A stretch of 64,000 nucleotides of DNA from Podarcis bocagei (lineage: Eukaryota), in NCBI GenBank assembly GCA_964188305.1, contig OZ076895.1; one strand, written 5' to 3'. The notes beneath the pieces were generated by a model, which saw only the letters and a program-made list of their open reading frames with translations, had not been told where the DNA came from and searched no databases. Numbering within the stretch: position 1 is the first letter of the stretch; the number at the start of each line of letters is the position of its first letter. Both the position numbers and the translations under genes were made by a program. Positions 11,709-24,772 of the stretch are shown here, piece by piece.

Positions 11709-14290
11709 ACTAATTTTCAATGGCATAAATTAGTCTGGGAGCATGCCCAGAAATACAGGTGATTATTGCCATAAGGCTGCTTCCTTCAATACAGGGAGAG
11801 AAGGAAAGGAAGGAAGGAAATGCCTCACAGAATAAGTTACCAGCTAGTGCAGCAGTTTGGTGCCACTGCTGTTGGTTCTGTGCCACAGTAATGCCACCCT
11901 TACTGACCCTACTAGTCTGGGATAACAGCATTCAGCACAGAGATCAGAGTGGCCCCATGTGGCTAGTTGGAATTAGGCATAACAGTGCACACTTATTATT
12001 CACACAACCTTTTCTCTGCTTGCTTCCTACAGAAAAAGACATTGGACTTGCCCAATGCTATTAAATAACTTAAATCAGCCTCACATTTGGGAAGTTAATT
12101 GCTCTGAGGAAATAAGCTATATAAATCAGGGTTATGGAGGCACATTCATTTTAAACAAGCAGCTATGCTATTGAGCTGCTATTTACCAATAGGTTCCCTT
12201 CTAAATAAGGAGCTGTCCCATACCTATTCAGGCAAATGGTCTGTCTATATCAGCACTGTCAGTTTGGGCTGGAAATAGCTCTTTTCCTTTCAGCAACCTC
12301 ATTCATGCAAACCGCAGGCTCACCAATGAGCTTAGAGATGCACTTCATAAAAGGAAACATCATTCCTGTTTTGTGTTTAAAGAAATGCTGAGAGTAACAA
12401 TATTCAGGGTCAGATGCAAAGCCTGGTTTCCTGGATTCTGTTCTGACTAGCCATTCCTCTTCCTCCTTAACCAAGCTCTTTCTAAGTAAAGCTATTTACA
12501 ACTCTGAAATGTCACGCTATTGCTATGGCACCCATAGAGAAAGTACAGCTCCTTTAGCTCTTTCTTGCACAACCAAGAAGCATTGGTGCTTTGAAGCTTG
12601 CAGTTTTCAGTTTCCTGGCTTGGAATATGAATCTGCCTAGCAAATTACAGATTGAGCATTGTTTCCCTGAGAGATTCTTCTACAACTTGAAACATAAAAT
12701 GAGACACTGCAGCTGTGCAGAATGTACAATTATTAGTTTAACTCATTTAACTCTTCCCCACTCCTAGTCCTGAATACTAATCACAGTCTGGGCAAAGCTA
12801 AGCAAATGCACCCCAAAACGACTTCAGGGAAGCTTCTTGCTCCTCTTTTAAGAATTCTCCAGTAATGCATGTAACTACTGACTGGTTTTCCAATCAAGAT
12901 GAAGATTTTTGTTCATTATAATGGGTAAGACAAAATCCTCACTCGGTGGTTTGCACTGTGTTGCACTCAGATTCTGAATTCAATTACACATCTCTTATAA
13001 AGTCTTGCAACATGGTCACACTGTTGTTTTGTTTAAGGTAACAATTACTATTTATAAATTATATGATCCACTGGAGACTCTTTTACATTATTTTAAATGG
13101 ACAAGCTATATTCACAGAAGAAAATCCTGTTTACTGGTTGGCATGCCTTGGCAGGAAATCCCATTGTTGCTGTTAGTGGTGAGTAAAAGTCCTGTGTGCT
13201 GATTTATGTCTTACTCACCCTAAATCATGTATGAGCCATACAGACCTTTCCTGCTGGATGAAAGCATTCAGCAACACTTGATAGGAAGTCAAGCTTTCTA
13301 TGCATGACCATCCTGATTACTAATATGTGGTGGTTTTACAGATGTCCTATAAATCAAACTCTGATGCACAACAGGAAGCAGAGGCTGCCAAGTCCTTGGG
13401 AGTCCAGCACAGCATCATCAAGATGCTAGGCCAGGTGCTAGAAATGTGGAATGCAGCTTTGCTGAACAATATTTGGGGCTCAGGAGATTCCATTGCCTCT
13501 TCTTGAACTCCTTTTCCAGATTAACTGCAGCTGTATTAATTGGACATTTTCAGCTGAATAATGATTTTGAGCTAGTGTTGAAAGCGAATCTTCCTAATGA
13601 GAAACCAAGCCACGCTATCTGAAATATCTGAGAAGATCAGGGCAGAAAGGTAGTCAGGGAGGTTCAGGAAAACTGCCCACGCATTTCTTTTTGTGTGGCG
13701 GGGAAATCAGGAAGCCTTATTCCCTGATCTAGTATTGCTGACCAATGGGGGGGGGGGGGAATCAGCTCAAGCAGAAGTGGGAATATATGTGTGCAGAGAT
13801 GCCAAAATTTGGGGCTGGTTGCCATAACATTTTGAGAAATGTTAGAATTGTGTGTGCATGCATGCAAATTAAGTAACAGCATTTCCATTTAGTGAACATA
13901 ATTAAGCTGTGATAAATTATGCATGTGCCCTAAGAGGCCAGGTTACGAAACTCAACCCCAGCTCATTATTTCACATGGTGTTGCATAGGAAGGAATGCAG
14001 AGCACACGAGTGTGTTTTTCTGTCACTGTCCCACACATTCTGCTGAGCAGAAGCAGGCAAGATGGACAGCAGCACAGTAGCACCAAGTTGGCAGAAGCAG
14101 CTGTGAGGATTGCTCTCACACCCATTTTCCTGTGTCACTCCTTTACTCCACTTTGGAACACAATCACATGCTGGTACATGTTTGTCAACTTCAGCTACAG
14201 AAAGAATTTGCTGTTATCTTCATTCTCTTCTGGAGCTCCAATTGGAACTTCATCCCTAATCTTTACTGGGCTCCACCCAAGAACCATATA

Positions 14291-14673
14291 CGGTCATACC
14301 TTGGATCCTGAACACCCTGGAACTCGGACGTTTTGGCTCCCAAATGCCACAAACCCAGAAGTGATTGTGAACATTCTTTTGGAACCCGAACATCCTACAG
14401 GGCTTCCACAGCTTCCTGCAGCCAATCAGAAGCTGTGATTTGGTTTTTGAATGTTTGGGGAGTCAAACGGACTTCTGGAACAGATTCCATTCGACTTCCA
14501 AGGTACAGTGGCGTAGCGTGGGGGGTGCAGGGGGGGCTGGCCGCACCGGGCGCAACATCTTGGGGGGGTGCTCGCACTCACAGCTCTCTGCCCCTAGGGC
14601 AGAGGGGGCGCAAATTACTTGCCTTGCCCCGGGTGCTGACAACCCACGCTACGCCACTGCCAAGGTACGACTG
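14291..14673. mobile_element. Tc1/mariner (Tigger/pogo-like) non-autonomous element, interrupted by a hAT MITE
   Basis: TA|CGGTCATACCTTGG ... CCAAGGTACGACTG|TA termini. Related to 63020-63261 in the opposite orientation. Confidence 0.8.
14506..14659. mobile_element. Non-autonomous hAT-type MITE (nested)
   Basis: Perfect 17-bp TIRs CAGTGGCGTAGCGTGGG and a perfect 8-bp TSD CCAAGGTA (14498-14505, 14660-14667). Confidence 0.92.
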
Positions 14674-15631
14674 TATTTTGAAATCACCCATGCCCAACCA
14701 TTAGATTAGAACAAGCCATTTACAAGCGAAACAGCATGCAAGTCATCTCCTAGGCATCACGATCAATATTGCACTTTGTTATAGCTTCTCTCATGTTTTA
14801 TACATGCAGACTTGCAGACGTGGTTATTAGCTGGCAGCTTCTCAGTATTTATACCCACAAACTGTATGATCCTGCCTTAACCACTTGAGGATTAGCTTCC
14901 CTTTGATTTGACTTGCTTATTCTCCAAAACCTCTACACTTGGTTTATACAGTGCTTGCATAAGAGCCACCAGAAAGCAGCACACTTCACACCAGGGGATT
15001 ATCTGCTTGCACTTACCAGACAAAACATTGTGAATTCCTTGACTGAGAATTTCAATGTGTTATGCAATCTTTCAGCGAATTTTCATTCCAATAAAAGCAA
15101 AAGAGGCTAATGAACAAAAAAAATCAACCCAGCAACTTAAAATTCATAGAAAGTAGCTAACTGTTATGAACAGAAGTAGCAACTACTCCCACGGCAAGGA
15201 CTATAACTGCATGGCAAGTTAGTTCTGTAAGAAGAGGAAAGCAGACTCATCTTTGTTTAGTGATCCATGGAAGAGAGGAGGTTTCATATAGAGACTGTGC
15301 AGGTGTGATGGAACAAAGTTTGTCCACATGTAACTTGTGCCTTCTTCCTTCTGACCCAAAAGTGGTTTGGAAGAGAAGGAAAGTGATAAGCTGGGGGGAG
15401 AGTTTGAAGGGGATAGTTATACTTGTGTGCCCCCCCCCTCACAAAACAGGTACCTCTGGGGAACCCGAGGATGCAGTAAGGAGCTGGGTAGCACTTCAGG
15501 AACGTGGATAATCTCTCTGTTAGTCAGTAGCTGGCTATGAGAATATATTTACATTTCCTTAAAAATAAGTTTCCTCAAGTTTCAAAATGGTGTGCCCAAA
15601 TAGCAGCAGAAGGGACATACTACTTGTGTAA

Positions 15632-15686
15632 TGATAGATAGATAGATGATAGATATAAAATAGATATAGATATAGATAGATAGATG
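15632..15686. repeat. Imperfect (GATA)n microsatellite
   Basis: Direct reading. Confidence 0.85.
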
Positions 15687-18199
15687 ATTGACTGTCCTAC
15701 CTTGCATATTAGTTGGGAGCTTAAAAATACTGCAAGCACAGCATATCTAAGGAGGAGGAGCTTCTGGGTAGCCATGAACTGATTCCTGCAGCTGTATTCT
15801 AAGCCAGACTTGGCAATATAATGAAGTCTGGAAGCCAACTGGGATGTCAAAAGTCTCTACAATTCAGGAGGACAGTACACAAAGATTGTGGGGAAAACAG
15901 CTGGGTGGCAAAATGATGTACTATATTGAGATGCAGAAAATTCAAATTTATTTTGGAATTCAGAGCACTTCAAGCTACAGAAGGAATGCACCAAGGATTT
16001 CCTACATGTTAATCATTACACCTTTCTGACAAGAAAGGTTAACAACTCTAGCAATTGCTAGAGTTGCATTTTCAATGCATTTAAAATAGCAAACTGGAAC
16101 CTGGAAGCAGGAGCCAAGCATAAATGTAAACCAGATGATTAATTCATACTTTCCATTATCTTTAACAGATAGAGTCATCATTTCCCCCTCAAAAATAGGA
16201 GTTCCCACATATCCAATTATATTCCATAATTGCCCGAACACAAGCAGATTTTTCTTGCATTCGGAAATTCTGAGAAGGTATTCATTACACTTTGAGTGAA
16301 AGGCCTTTTATCTGATCTGTGTCAATGGAAACATTCCTAAAGGTATAGCACTATACACTTGGAATGTCATATGTTTAATGCATTTGCTAATTCCCAAGAA
16401 ATTCACCTACAAAATGACTGGAGCATTGGGGAGCAATAGCGCTGAGTCCACATCTGCATAGCATAACTTGGAGGAGCATTAACCCTAATGACAACTCAAA
16501 ATCCACACTAAATATTTACCACTGATTTATTGCTGAAGTAATTTCTGTATGTGTCCCATCTACTACTAAGGTTGCCCTTGATCAGCAGAAGACCGGTATT
16601 AAATTACTACCAAACAATTTAACTGTAGTTTCATGCATCCAAAGTGAAACCACAGTAAAAGGACAGTGGTTCTGAAATTCAGGGTAAGCATTTTGGTTGG
16701 CTTAAGCAGAATTTAATGAGTGGAATGTTAAAGACAGCATCTCCCAAAATCTCATGCTTGCTGCATGGTAAATTATGCTGCCTTCAGATGGCACTTCATT
16801 CCATCTTCACAACATTCCCATGCCTGCTTAATTTCATATATTATGTGATCATTTACATGATATAAAAGATACATCTGGGAATCTAGTGGAATCTAGGTGA
16901 AATTTAGCATTCGTGTCTCTCTTATTTCCTGAAAATATCCATTTGCCACACTGTTAACTCGGAAAAGCGTGGAAGTTTTGTATTGACAAAAACTGGGGTG
17001 GTATACCTGCAAAACAGTTTTTTTTCCAGTCATTTAAAATTTAGTGCCACAAGTTGTAAATTAATCATAAAGCTACCATGCCAGGACACAACAAGGTACT
17101 GCAGTGTCAAATGAACTTTAGAAATCAGGACAGAAGAACTAGTATCGTAGCCAGTAAAACCAAGGCAATAACAGCATGTCTGAATGTGGCCTTAGTTAGC
17201 CATACTTTTTTTTATATTGACAAGGATAAAGCAAAAAGAAGCAACAGAAGTTTTATCTCTGGGCATATCTGCACTGCAGACTTAAACTGGTTTAATAACA
17301 GCACTTTTTAGAGTATTCTGGAAGCACTCTTCTCTGCATGTATGGGAAGGGATATCTAGCAGAAAATACAAGACTCAACACCTCACCAAACTAGAGCTGC
17401 CGTAGAATAAAATCAATATATTTTTAGAGTATAGCATGTGCTACAGCTGGTATTGCACTGGGAATAAATATATTTTGTTTGAAGTAGGCGCAAATGCTTC
17501 ATGGGAGCCATAGCCAGGAAAGCTACTGAGTGCAACAAAAGTAATAAATCCACTCCCACCCCACCCCCATTGCAAAAACACAGAGATTATTCAATCACAA
17601 CAGAGGCGGATATTTCAAATGCAAATTGCAATTCAACAGCACAACATAGATTAACCAAGTATTTAAATTTGTGTTCAATTTGAGCTGATTTACAGCCATT
17701 GCTTCAATTGACTTCAGTGTCACTAAAATAAACAGGACAATGCTTCAGTCTTTAACCTTTTTATATAGAAGTCCCACAAATTTCAACATGGCATACATCA
17801 AGTAAATACACTTAGTGTCACAAATTAACTTAAAAGGGCTACTTCATTGATTTGTAACCCTTATTGGCCTGCGATTCTAGATCTCCTCAGCACAAAAATA
17901 TGTAAGGTCTGGCCTCATCTGGCAATGTTAGTTGCTGCACGTTTCCATCTGAGGACAAATTATTTATCAGTTGCTTATTGTAAGTATGCATAACCATCAC
18001 TGGTTTTCCCAGCACATTACATGTGGGAAACATGCAGGCAAAGCAGACTCCTGCAACCAGCAGGATTGCACTATCTGCTCACCACCTGGTGAGGGGGAAG
18101 GTGCAATCCTGTTCAGTCTGACTATGGGCACATCTTGGCACAGGCAGGGTAGGGCTGTTTGAAAAGCCCTCATGGAAAGTGTGGCTCTCCACACTCTCC

Positions 18200-18820
18200 T
18201 GTCACTGCACCTCTTGAGTGCCTGACCCAGGGCTGCTTACGACCCAACGGCCAAATAAAGGAGTCAGACACAGTAGGTTGGGTTGAACTAAAGGCCACTT
18301 TAGTAAACTTAAATACAATGAACTATATGATTACCTAAAGAGGAAAATGCCTATAAGTGCAGGAGTAAACTGAACCTCAGGCCAAGCCTGCAGCTAATAT
18401 GGTAAACCACTCTGCCTGTGGAAATAGTGGGGAAATCCCTTAAGGTGCCCTATGGGCACTTCCTTCTACTATAGCTTACAGCAGAAGCCACTGAGTTCAA
18501 TTTAGAGTTCATAAGCAAATTTACAATCATGGAACTGGGTCTTGTTAGGTTTCACTTGCAGCCTGTTGAAGATCTGCTGTGGGGGTTGGCAAGGACTCCA
18601 CTAACTTCCATTCATGGAAACCCCACTGGGTCCAAGTCAAAGAGGAGCCCTTCTGTGAATGGAAGGTCTCCTTCCATGAATGGAAAGGCACCTTTTCATC
18701 CAGCCCACTGCTTGCCTGTGCAAGACAACATCAATGATTCGTGATCTGGGTCTATGAAGCTGCTTGTCAAAGGGGCCATTGATTTAAGAGGTGTTAAAGG
18801 GCACAATCAACCAAGCACAG
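18200..18820. mobile_element. Possible degraded LTR-like element
   Basis: Starts TGTCA with an abrupt rise in GC and contains an internal ~21-bp tandem duplication near 18648-18690. No matching terminus or TSD was found. Confidence 0.3.
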
Positions 18821-20024
18821 AAGCATAATTTCAATGGCTTACGGTGTGTTTCATTGAAATACATTCACAATGTAGAACAGCAATGCATTGTGGACTCTAT
18901 AAAACATGTATTATAGATCAATGTCCCCCTTAGGGAGCATTGTAGCCCAGTCACAAGTTCCAGCAATAAAAATGCTGTGCAAAGAAACAAGATGCTCCCA
19001 GTGTCTCCAGCCCCAGTACAAGGTACAGACTAAGGACACAATCCAGATATAGAAAAAGCACATCCCATTAAGATACATGTGAAATAAGTATGCTTACAGG
19101 TCTCTGGATTGTTTAAGACTTTCACCATTTCTACCAGCAGCTTTTCTTATGGAAATCAGAAAAAAATTCATGTACCAGCAATAAAACAAGTCAAACTTGT
19201 ATTCAGTTTAAATAAAAGACTCAGGAAGTGACCTTTTCAATTCAATGCTCTCTCCATCTTGCCAAATAATAATGTTCAGAATGAAAAGAGTTTCCCCATG
19301 GTATCTTGGGAAGGAATAATATTAAAGAAAACATTTTTTTACACTCTTTCAAATGTATCAAGAGCAAAGAAATATGCAGGACTCCATTACAACTAAAATG
19401 CAGCATATGTTCTATACTGCATGCAAAGGTTTAGTGATAGTGATACTCAACTAAAACTTTTGGTGGAGAAGAAAAAAGGTGGTTGTTTCTGGCCAGGAAA
19501 AAAGCTGAAATCAATAAGGAGCACTGGAAAGTTTCGAAAAGAGCATTCTCTGAACTTTACTGCACATTGGTGAATGTGCCAAAACCTGTACACCACATTT
19601 CAACACAGGCTAGTAACACATACTAAGTTCCAAAGAGAGTTTGTGGCAAAGCGGCTACTACCTCCCCAAGTCATCACTTCATCTCCTAGTTAACAGTAGG
19701 CAAGTATGAATACTGTGACCAACATCTGCCTGGTTTTTTATCACAAGGTTTATTTTAAAACACTGATGTTCTGCCACAGAATTGTGTATAATTTGTATGA
19801 GCACGTTTTCCCAATATGTGTTCTGGTTTACACCTTGTGGAGACAAACAGGACCTAAGCCAGGTGCTCTTTGCTGCCCCCCCCCCCAATTTTGTTTTAAT
19901 GAGGCTCTCCCATGATAATGTCCTGATAGAATATGCCTAATGCCTGCAATCCAAAAGATATATAAACCTGTACTATTAAATTAAGAACATGCAGCAAGAT
20001 ACATCAGATGGAATTCTGCTGGTA

Positions 20025-20266
20025 CAGTGGTACCTTGAGTTACATATGCTTCAAGTTATGTACTCTTCAGGTTACAGACTCCACTAACCGAGAAATAGTA
20101 CCTCAGGTTAAGAACTTTGCTTCAGGATGAGAACAGAAATTGTGCTTCGGCGGCGCAGCAGCAGCGGGAGGCCCCATTAGCTAAAGTGGTGCTTCAGGTT
20201 AAGAATCGTTTCAGGTTAAGAACGGACCTCTGGAACAAATTAAATATTTAACCCGAGGTACCACTG
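20025..20266. mobile_element. Tc1/mariner-type MITE (242 bp)
   Basis: TA|CAGTGGTACCT ... AGGTACCACTG|TA. Same family and length as 43288-43529, inverted. Confidence 0.92.
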
Positions 20267-20471
20267 TACTACTATTCTAAGATAACAAAGCTCAGGAAAA
20301 AAATATCAATGATTCTCACTGAACAAACAAAAATTGTTTCAGTTCTCCAAACTACATTATGCTGGAGAGAAATCTTAGATTTGTCACTATAAATCAGAGC
20401 ACTCGGGAATATCAGAAACAGAGGTAGCCAAAATAGAAAGCTTTTTTGCACACAGGCAATTTTTTATGCTA

Positions 20472-20473
<2 letters not shown>

Positions 20474-20535
<62 letters not shown>
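20474..20535. repeat. (AT)31 microsatellite next to the assembly gap
   Basis: Direct reading. Confidence 0.9.
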
Positions 20536-20537
<2 letters not shown>

Positions 20538-20566
20538 TACATCCCTGTAGGATATATCCCTGTACC

Positions 20567-20695
20567 NNNNNNNNNNNNNNNNNNNNNNNNNNNNNNNNNN
20601 NNNNNNNNNNNNNNNNNNNNNNNNNNNNNNNNNNNNNNNNNNNNNNNNNNNNNNNNNNNNNNNNNNNNNNNNNNNNNNNNNNNNNNNNNNNNNNN
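20567..20695. other. Assembly gap (129 N)
   Basis: Run of N. Confidence 0.99.
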
Positions 20696-21068
20696 GTTGG
20701 GAAACAAAACAAAACAAAACCCAAACTACCAAGAGTGTTTGTTGTTATTGAGTTAGTAAGCAACTTCCCTTTGGGAGTCAAGATGAGCGTGGGAACAGTG
20801 TGTTTCTTAAAATACAGTACATGCACACCCGCCAAACATCAATATTTCCTTAACCAACATCATTTCACAAGTCTGCTTCTCTGAGCCTCTGCACGGGATG
20901 ATAAGATCTGAAGTGCAAATAACACGCAGAATAAAAATTAAAATCACTCACTCCCCAAATTAGCTCACTGTATACAATTCTCATACCCACCACACTATTA
21001 GACAAGCATTGCATAAGTAGGTCACTCCCCCACAAAGTTCAGATCTGCAGGTAAAATTCAGAACTAAC

Positions 21069-21311
21069 CTTGCTATCCTCTGTCTCCTTGTTTTTTCCTT
21101 GGAGTGCTTTTACTTCTCCAAAATCACAGGCTGACTTTAATGTAAACTGACAAGAAAGCATTGAGCTCTCTGCCCTAGGAAGCTCCAGAGACTTTGATGA
21201 ATATTGCTGTGACCTGCTTGTGCCAAGATTTGGTATCGGACGGGCAGTATGAACAGGCTTTGACCCTATAGGTGGCTGTCTAAGCTTTGAGGCAACACCA
21301 AGTACAGGCAT
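21069..21311 (-). CDS. NAV3: Neuron navigator 3, first coding exon (81 codons, phase-0 donor); gene continues toward lower coordinates beyond the window
   Basis: Translation MPVLGVASKLRQPPIGSKPVHTARPIPNLGTSRSQQYSSKSLELPRAESSMLSCQFTLKSACDFGEVKALQGKNKETEDSK closely matches the vertebrate NAV3 N-terminus as I recall it (human MPVLGVASKLRQPAVGSKPVHTALPIPNLG...KEKEDSK, followed by the CH domain IYTDWANHYL). Start context gccATG. Similarity ends exactly at the donor AAG|GTTAGT (21068). Confidence 0.96.
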
Positions 21312-21900
21312 GGCTTTTATAAACGTCTCCGCTTTCTGCCAAAAAGAAAATTGCTTCTGACCTCAGCCGGGTAGATTTTAGCTTCAGTGAGTTCCAGAAC
21401 AAATGCTTTAAACAAAAGTTGCAGTCATCTTTTGAAAGTTTTAAAAACAATATGACGGTTTTTTCAAAAAGAGGCAAATCTTTTCGTTCATCTCTGCTCT
21501 TGCTCTCCCGCACAAACAGCATTTAGTTAAGTCAGTGACTGTGTAAGACTAAACACTCCTTTGAGGCGTGAACTTTTCTTCAAGGTAACTGCTGCAAAGC
21601 CGCCTGTCTGGGATTAAAGCACTCATAAATTTGCTGTTTCATCTCCCTACACCATTGCATTGCCGTGCATTAGCGGAAAGAAACAGAGAGAGAGAGAGAG
21701 AGGCCAGAAGGCGGAACCTCCTCGTATCCCAACTGTCTAAACAGCAGTGAGTCCACAACGCTGGAATCACAGACCTCTTCCTGATTACATAAATAACCAG
21801 CCCACAACGTCTAAAAAATCATTTTGAAGGAGGGGAAAAAATGAAATCCAACTCATGGCCAAAGCAAACAGCTGTTAGAAGTGTTTTAGCCGGAAACAAT
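21312..21900 (-). promoter_or_regulatory. NAV3: NAV3 5' UTR and proximal promoter region (TSS not determinable from sequence)
   Basis: Directly upstream of the ATG. Modest CpG enrichment without a true CpG island, a (CT)n tract on the sense strand at 21686-21702, and no recognisable young repeats. The outer boundary is approximate. Confidence 0.6.
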
Positions 21901-22489
21901 CACAGCTAAGAAGCTGTTTGTCCCATTCCCAACTATTTTTCACTGCTGACAGCCATAAGCTACAATACTTCATTCACTGTTCCTCCCATGAAATCAGGTT
22001 AAGTTCACACAGGCTAGCAATAGATGCTGAATCTCAGATACTGTCTGCCTTTGCTATGTTAAACGCATTTAAGAACAAAGGTTAAGGGGAGGGGGGGAGT
22101 ATCTCCATTAGTGGCAGTTTTTGTTGTTGTTTTGCCCTGGCCACCTTTCAAAATATCATATTCATTTTGGCAGTTGTCAAAATAGTTGACAATTCAGTTA
22201 TCTAACAATGTCTAAAACTTCGTGTTACTTATGTGTGTTTTTTTTTTAAAAAAAAAGCGTGGAAAAGTGCCTTTATCAAGCAAAATGAGCAACATCTTGA
22301 CTTTGAATCTTAACTCATTGTGAAGATGGCTGAGGAAATCCCACCAACTCAGACTTTCCTCAGACTTCGCCTGCTCAGACACAAAAGAAGACTTAAGTAC
22401 AATACGATCAGGAATGAAATCAAATGCATTTCTATGCAGACATACGTTATGCAGACTCACAATAGTTACGACAGCTAGCATGGGCCACT

Positions 22490-22640
22490 AGGCAGAGATT
22501 TGGGAAGCTAAAGGTTCAATATCCATCTCTACCATTAATCATTGTGGGACTTTATCCACATCACTATTCTCTGCCTTGGTGTGTCATAGGAAAAGTACTA
22601 GCCTACCTTGCAAGGCTGTTGTGAGAGTGAACTAATGCTT
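22490..22640 (+). mobile_element. Degraded CORE/MIR-like SINE
   Basis: B-box-like ggttcaatatcc followed by core-like cctaccttgcaaggctgttgtgagag. Confidence 0.5.
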
Positions 22641-24772
22641 GCTAAATAGGAGTAGGAATATTCTAGGTAATAAGATCATTGTGCTAAGTGGTTCATAGAA
22701 AAATCACCTTCATATATGTTGTGTTTTGAAGGTACATTATACATCATTGCCCAACTGTGAGTGTGTTTTGGGTGTTTTGGACCAGTTTGTAAATCTATCT
22801 CATTTTATTATACATAAAGGAGCTGTCAGGATGCTTCATGCCGCTGTTAAACTGATTTAAGAGGTGGTGCTCTTTGTTAAGCCTCATCATGAAGCCATTA
22901 GTTAGATAGTGTGTGTATGAGAGGGTGAGTGTGTGTGTGTGTAGATTTGGCTTATGGGAAGGATCTGGGAATTGAGCACCTGAACATGGGGATAGATAAA
23001 TTAATGAACATCTAATAGGTTCCACGCACACCCCAATCATCATGTGTTAACAAAATACAACTGAAAAAAATTAATGAAACTATTGTTAGGACCAACACCT
23101 GCACAATGACAAAATTTATATATTGGCTTGATAATGCAAACAGCACACAAAGCTTATGAAAAACAACAGATTTCATGTTCAGCAAAAGGAACATGAAAAC
23201 CAAAGAAGAATTTGGCTAGAATAGCACCAGAGTCCATTCCCCCATGTGTGGTGCACGTGCACAACTACAGAACTAGGTCATTACAGGATGGTCTAGGTAT
23301 GCATTCCATAGCCCATCCAGTTGTATCCCTTCTACACACTGAAGGAACAATTCTACCTGCTGCTGCTGTTGTTGCTGCTGATATTTTCAAAAATGTTAAC
23401 ATTTTTATGGTCCAGCATTCTGTTCTTGGGCCAGCCAGTTGCCTGTTTTAAGTCTCCAAGCTGGACATGAGCGCAACAGCATTCTGCCTACCTGCAATTC
23501 CCAGCCACTGGCATGCACAACATGATGCAGAACATGATGACTTGTGAAAATACGTCAACAGTTCAATAGTTCTTGGACAGGGCATGCCATCAGATCATCC
23601 ATGAAGATGGGGCCAGTTTGTGGGCAGCCAATTATTATATACCCAGCTGCCTCTGTCAATTGAAATGGCAAAAAAAATGCATTTGTAAAATTTTCTGCTG
23701 AACTCTAAGCTCTTTCAGCTTCTTCCACTTCCAAAAAAACCTACCTGCCAATTTAAGGGATCTGAAACTGAATAGGAGTTTGCTGGTTATCTGCCAAGAA
23801 GCTGGTAGGGTGGCAAATTAATTCTTTCATCTTTCGAAAAGGGTTTTTTTCTCTTCATATTGGTCCAGAGCTCTTTGATGCTGACCAATTTTTGTTACTG
23901 TGGGTTAGGTTGAGAGTTTCAAAATCACAGCTATGCTGGCATTTGTTTCTGGACTAGAGTACAGAAAATTGCTCCATAAGGTTCCCATTCGGATTTCTTC
24001 TTTTCAAAAAAAAAAAAAAGCAGAAACATCTGTTGCAGTCATGAGCAAAGTCTTGGCCCAGTTTGGCAACAGCAGTGAGATACTTTGAAGTCAATCAACT
24101 TTGCTATCACCAACAGATCTTCTTACAGTCAATGGAAATTCCTACACAGAAGGATTGCAAGACAACTCAAACAAAATTACATCCCAAACAACAGGTGAGG
24201 GGAGCTATTAGTGCATATTGAAATGGGGAAAGGATTGAGACAGTTTAATAGCCCAATACAGATGTAGAATAGTTCAGCTTACTTTAGCAGTATGACCCTT
24301 GGAGACACGCAAGTATGATTTCATTGAGTTACAAATGGGGTTAAATAAAGAATACCACAATGAATCTTGATTGGAAAAAGTAGCACTAGTTCATATGGCT
24401 ATCTTTTTGCGGAGGGGAGGGTTCCTTATACACATACAGTCTCCATGACTTTGCATACGAAAGAGTGGCAACACTTACAACCCAGAAGCACATGGGTTGT
24501 GTTTCTGTCCTTTTTGCAGTAAAAATATTACCCATCTACCACTGGTCCATATCTATCTCTGCATGATTGCAGGCATATGTATGCAAACTATTACAACAAA
24601 GAAAACAAAAAATTATCATACAAACTGCCCCTTAGATGACAAGCTCCCAATAAAAATAGGGAGTGTTACTTGCTCTTCTAAAATGACATGTGAAATATTT
24701 ATGCTCTGATGGTGACACTAGGCTAACCCAGAGCAGAAGGAACAGTGTGAAAGCTGAGAGTACTCAGAAGTA

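Larger units (their letters stand above)
1..21068 (-). other. NAV3: NAV3 intron 1 (partial, more than 21 kb)
   Basis: Begins with the GT donor at 21068. No IYTDWANHYL-coding exon was seen between here and the window start. Confidence 0.85.

Noticed and set aside
13995-14709. 147-aa and 123-aa ORFs
   Set aside because: They run through non-autonomous MITE sequence and show no transposase motifs.
20464-20835. ORFs spanning the N gap
   Set aside because: Artefacts of the (AT)n tract and the Ns.
21039-21068. ORF-track extension VSSEFYLQI* of the NAV3 ORF
   Set aside because: Read-through past the splice donor at 21068; NAV3 similarity ends at ...EDSK.
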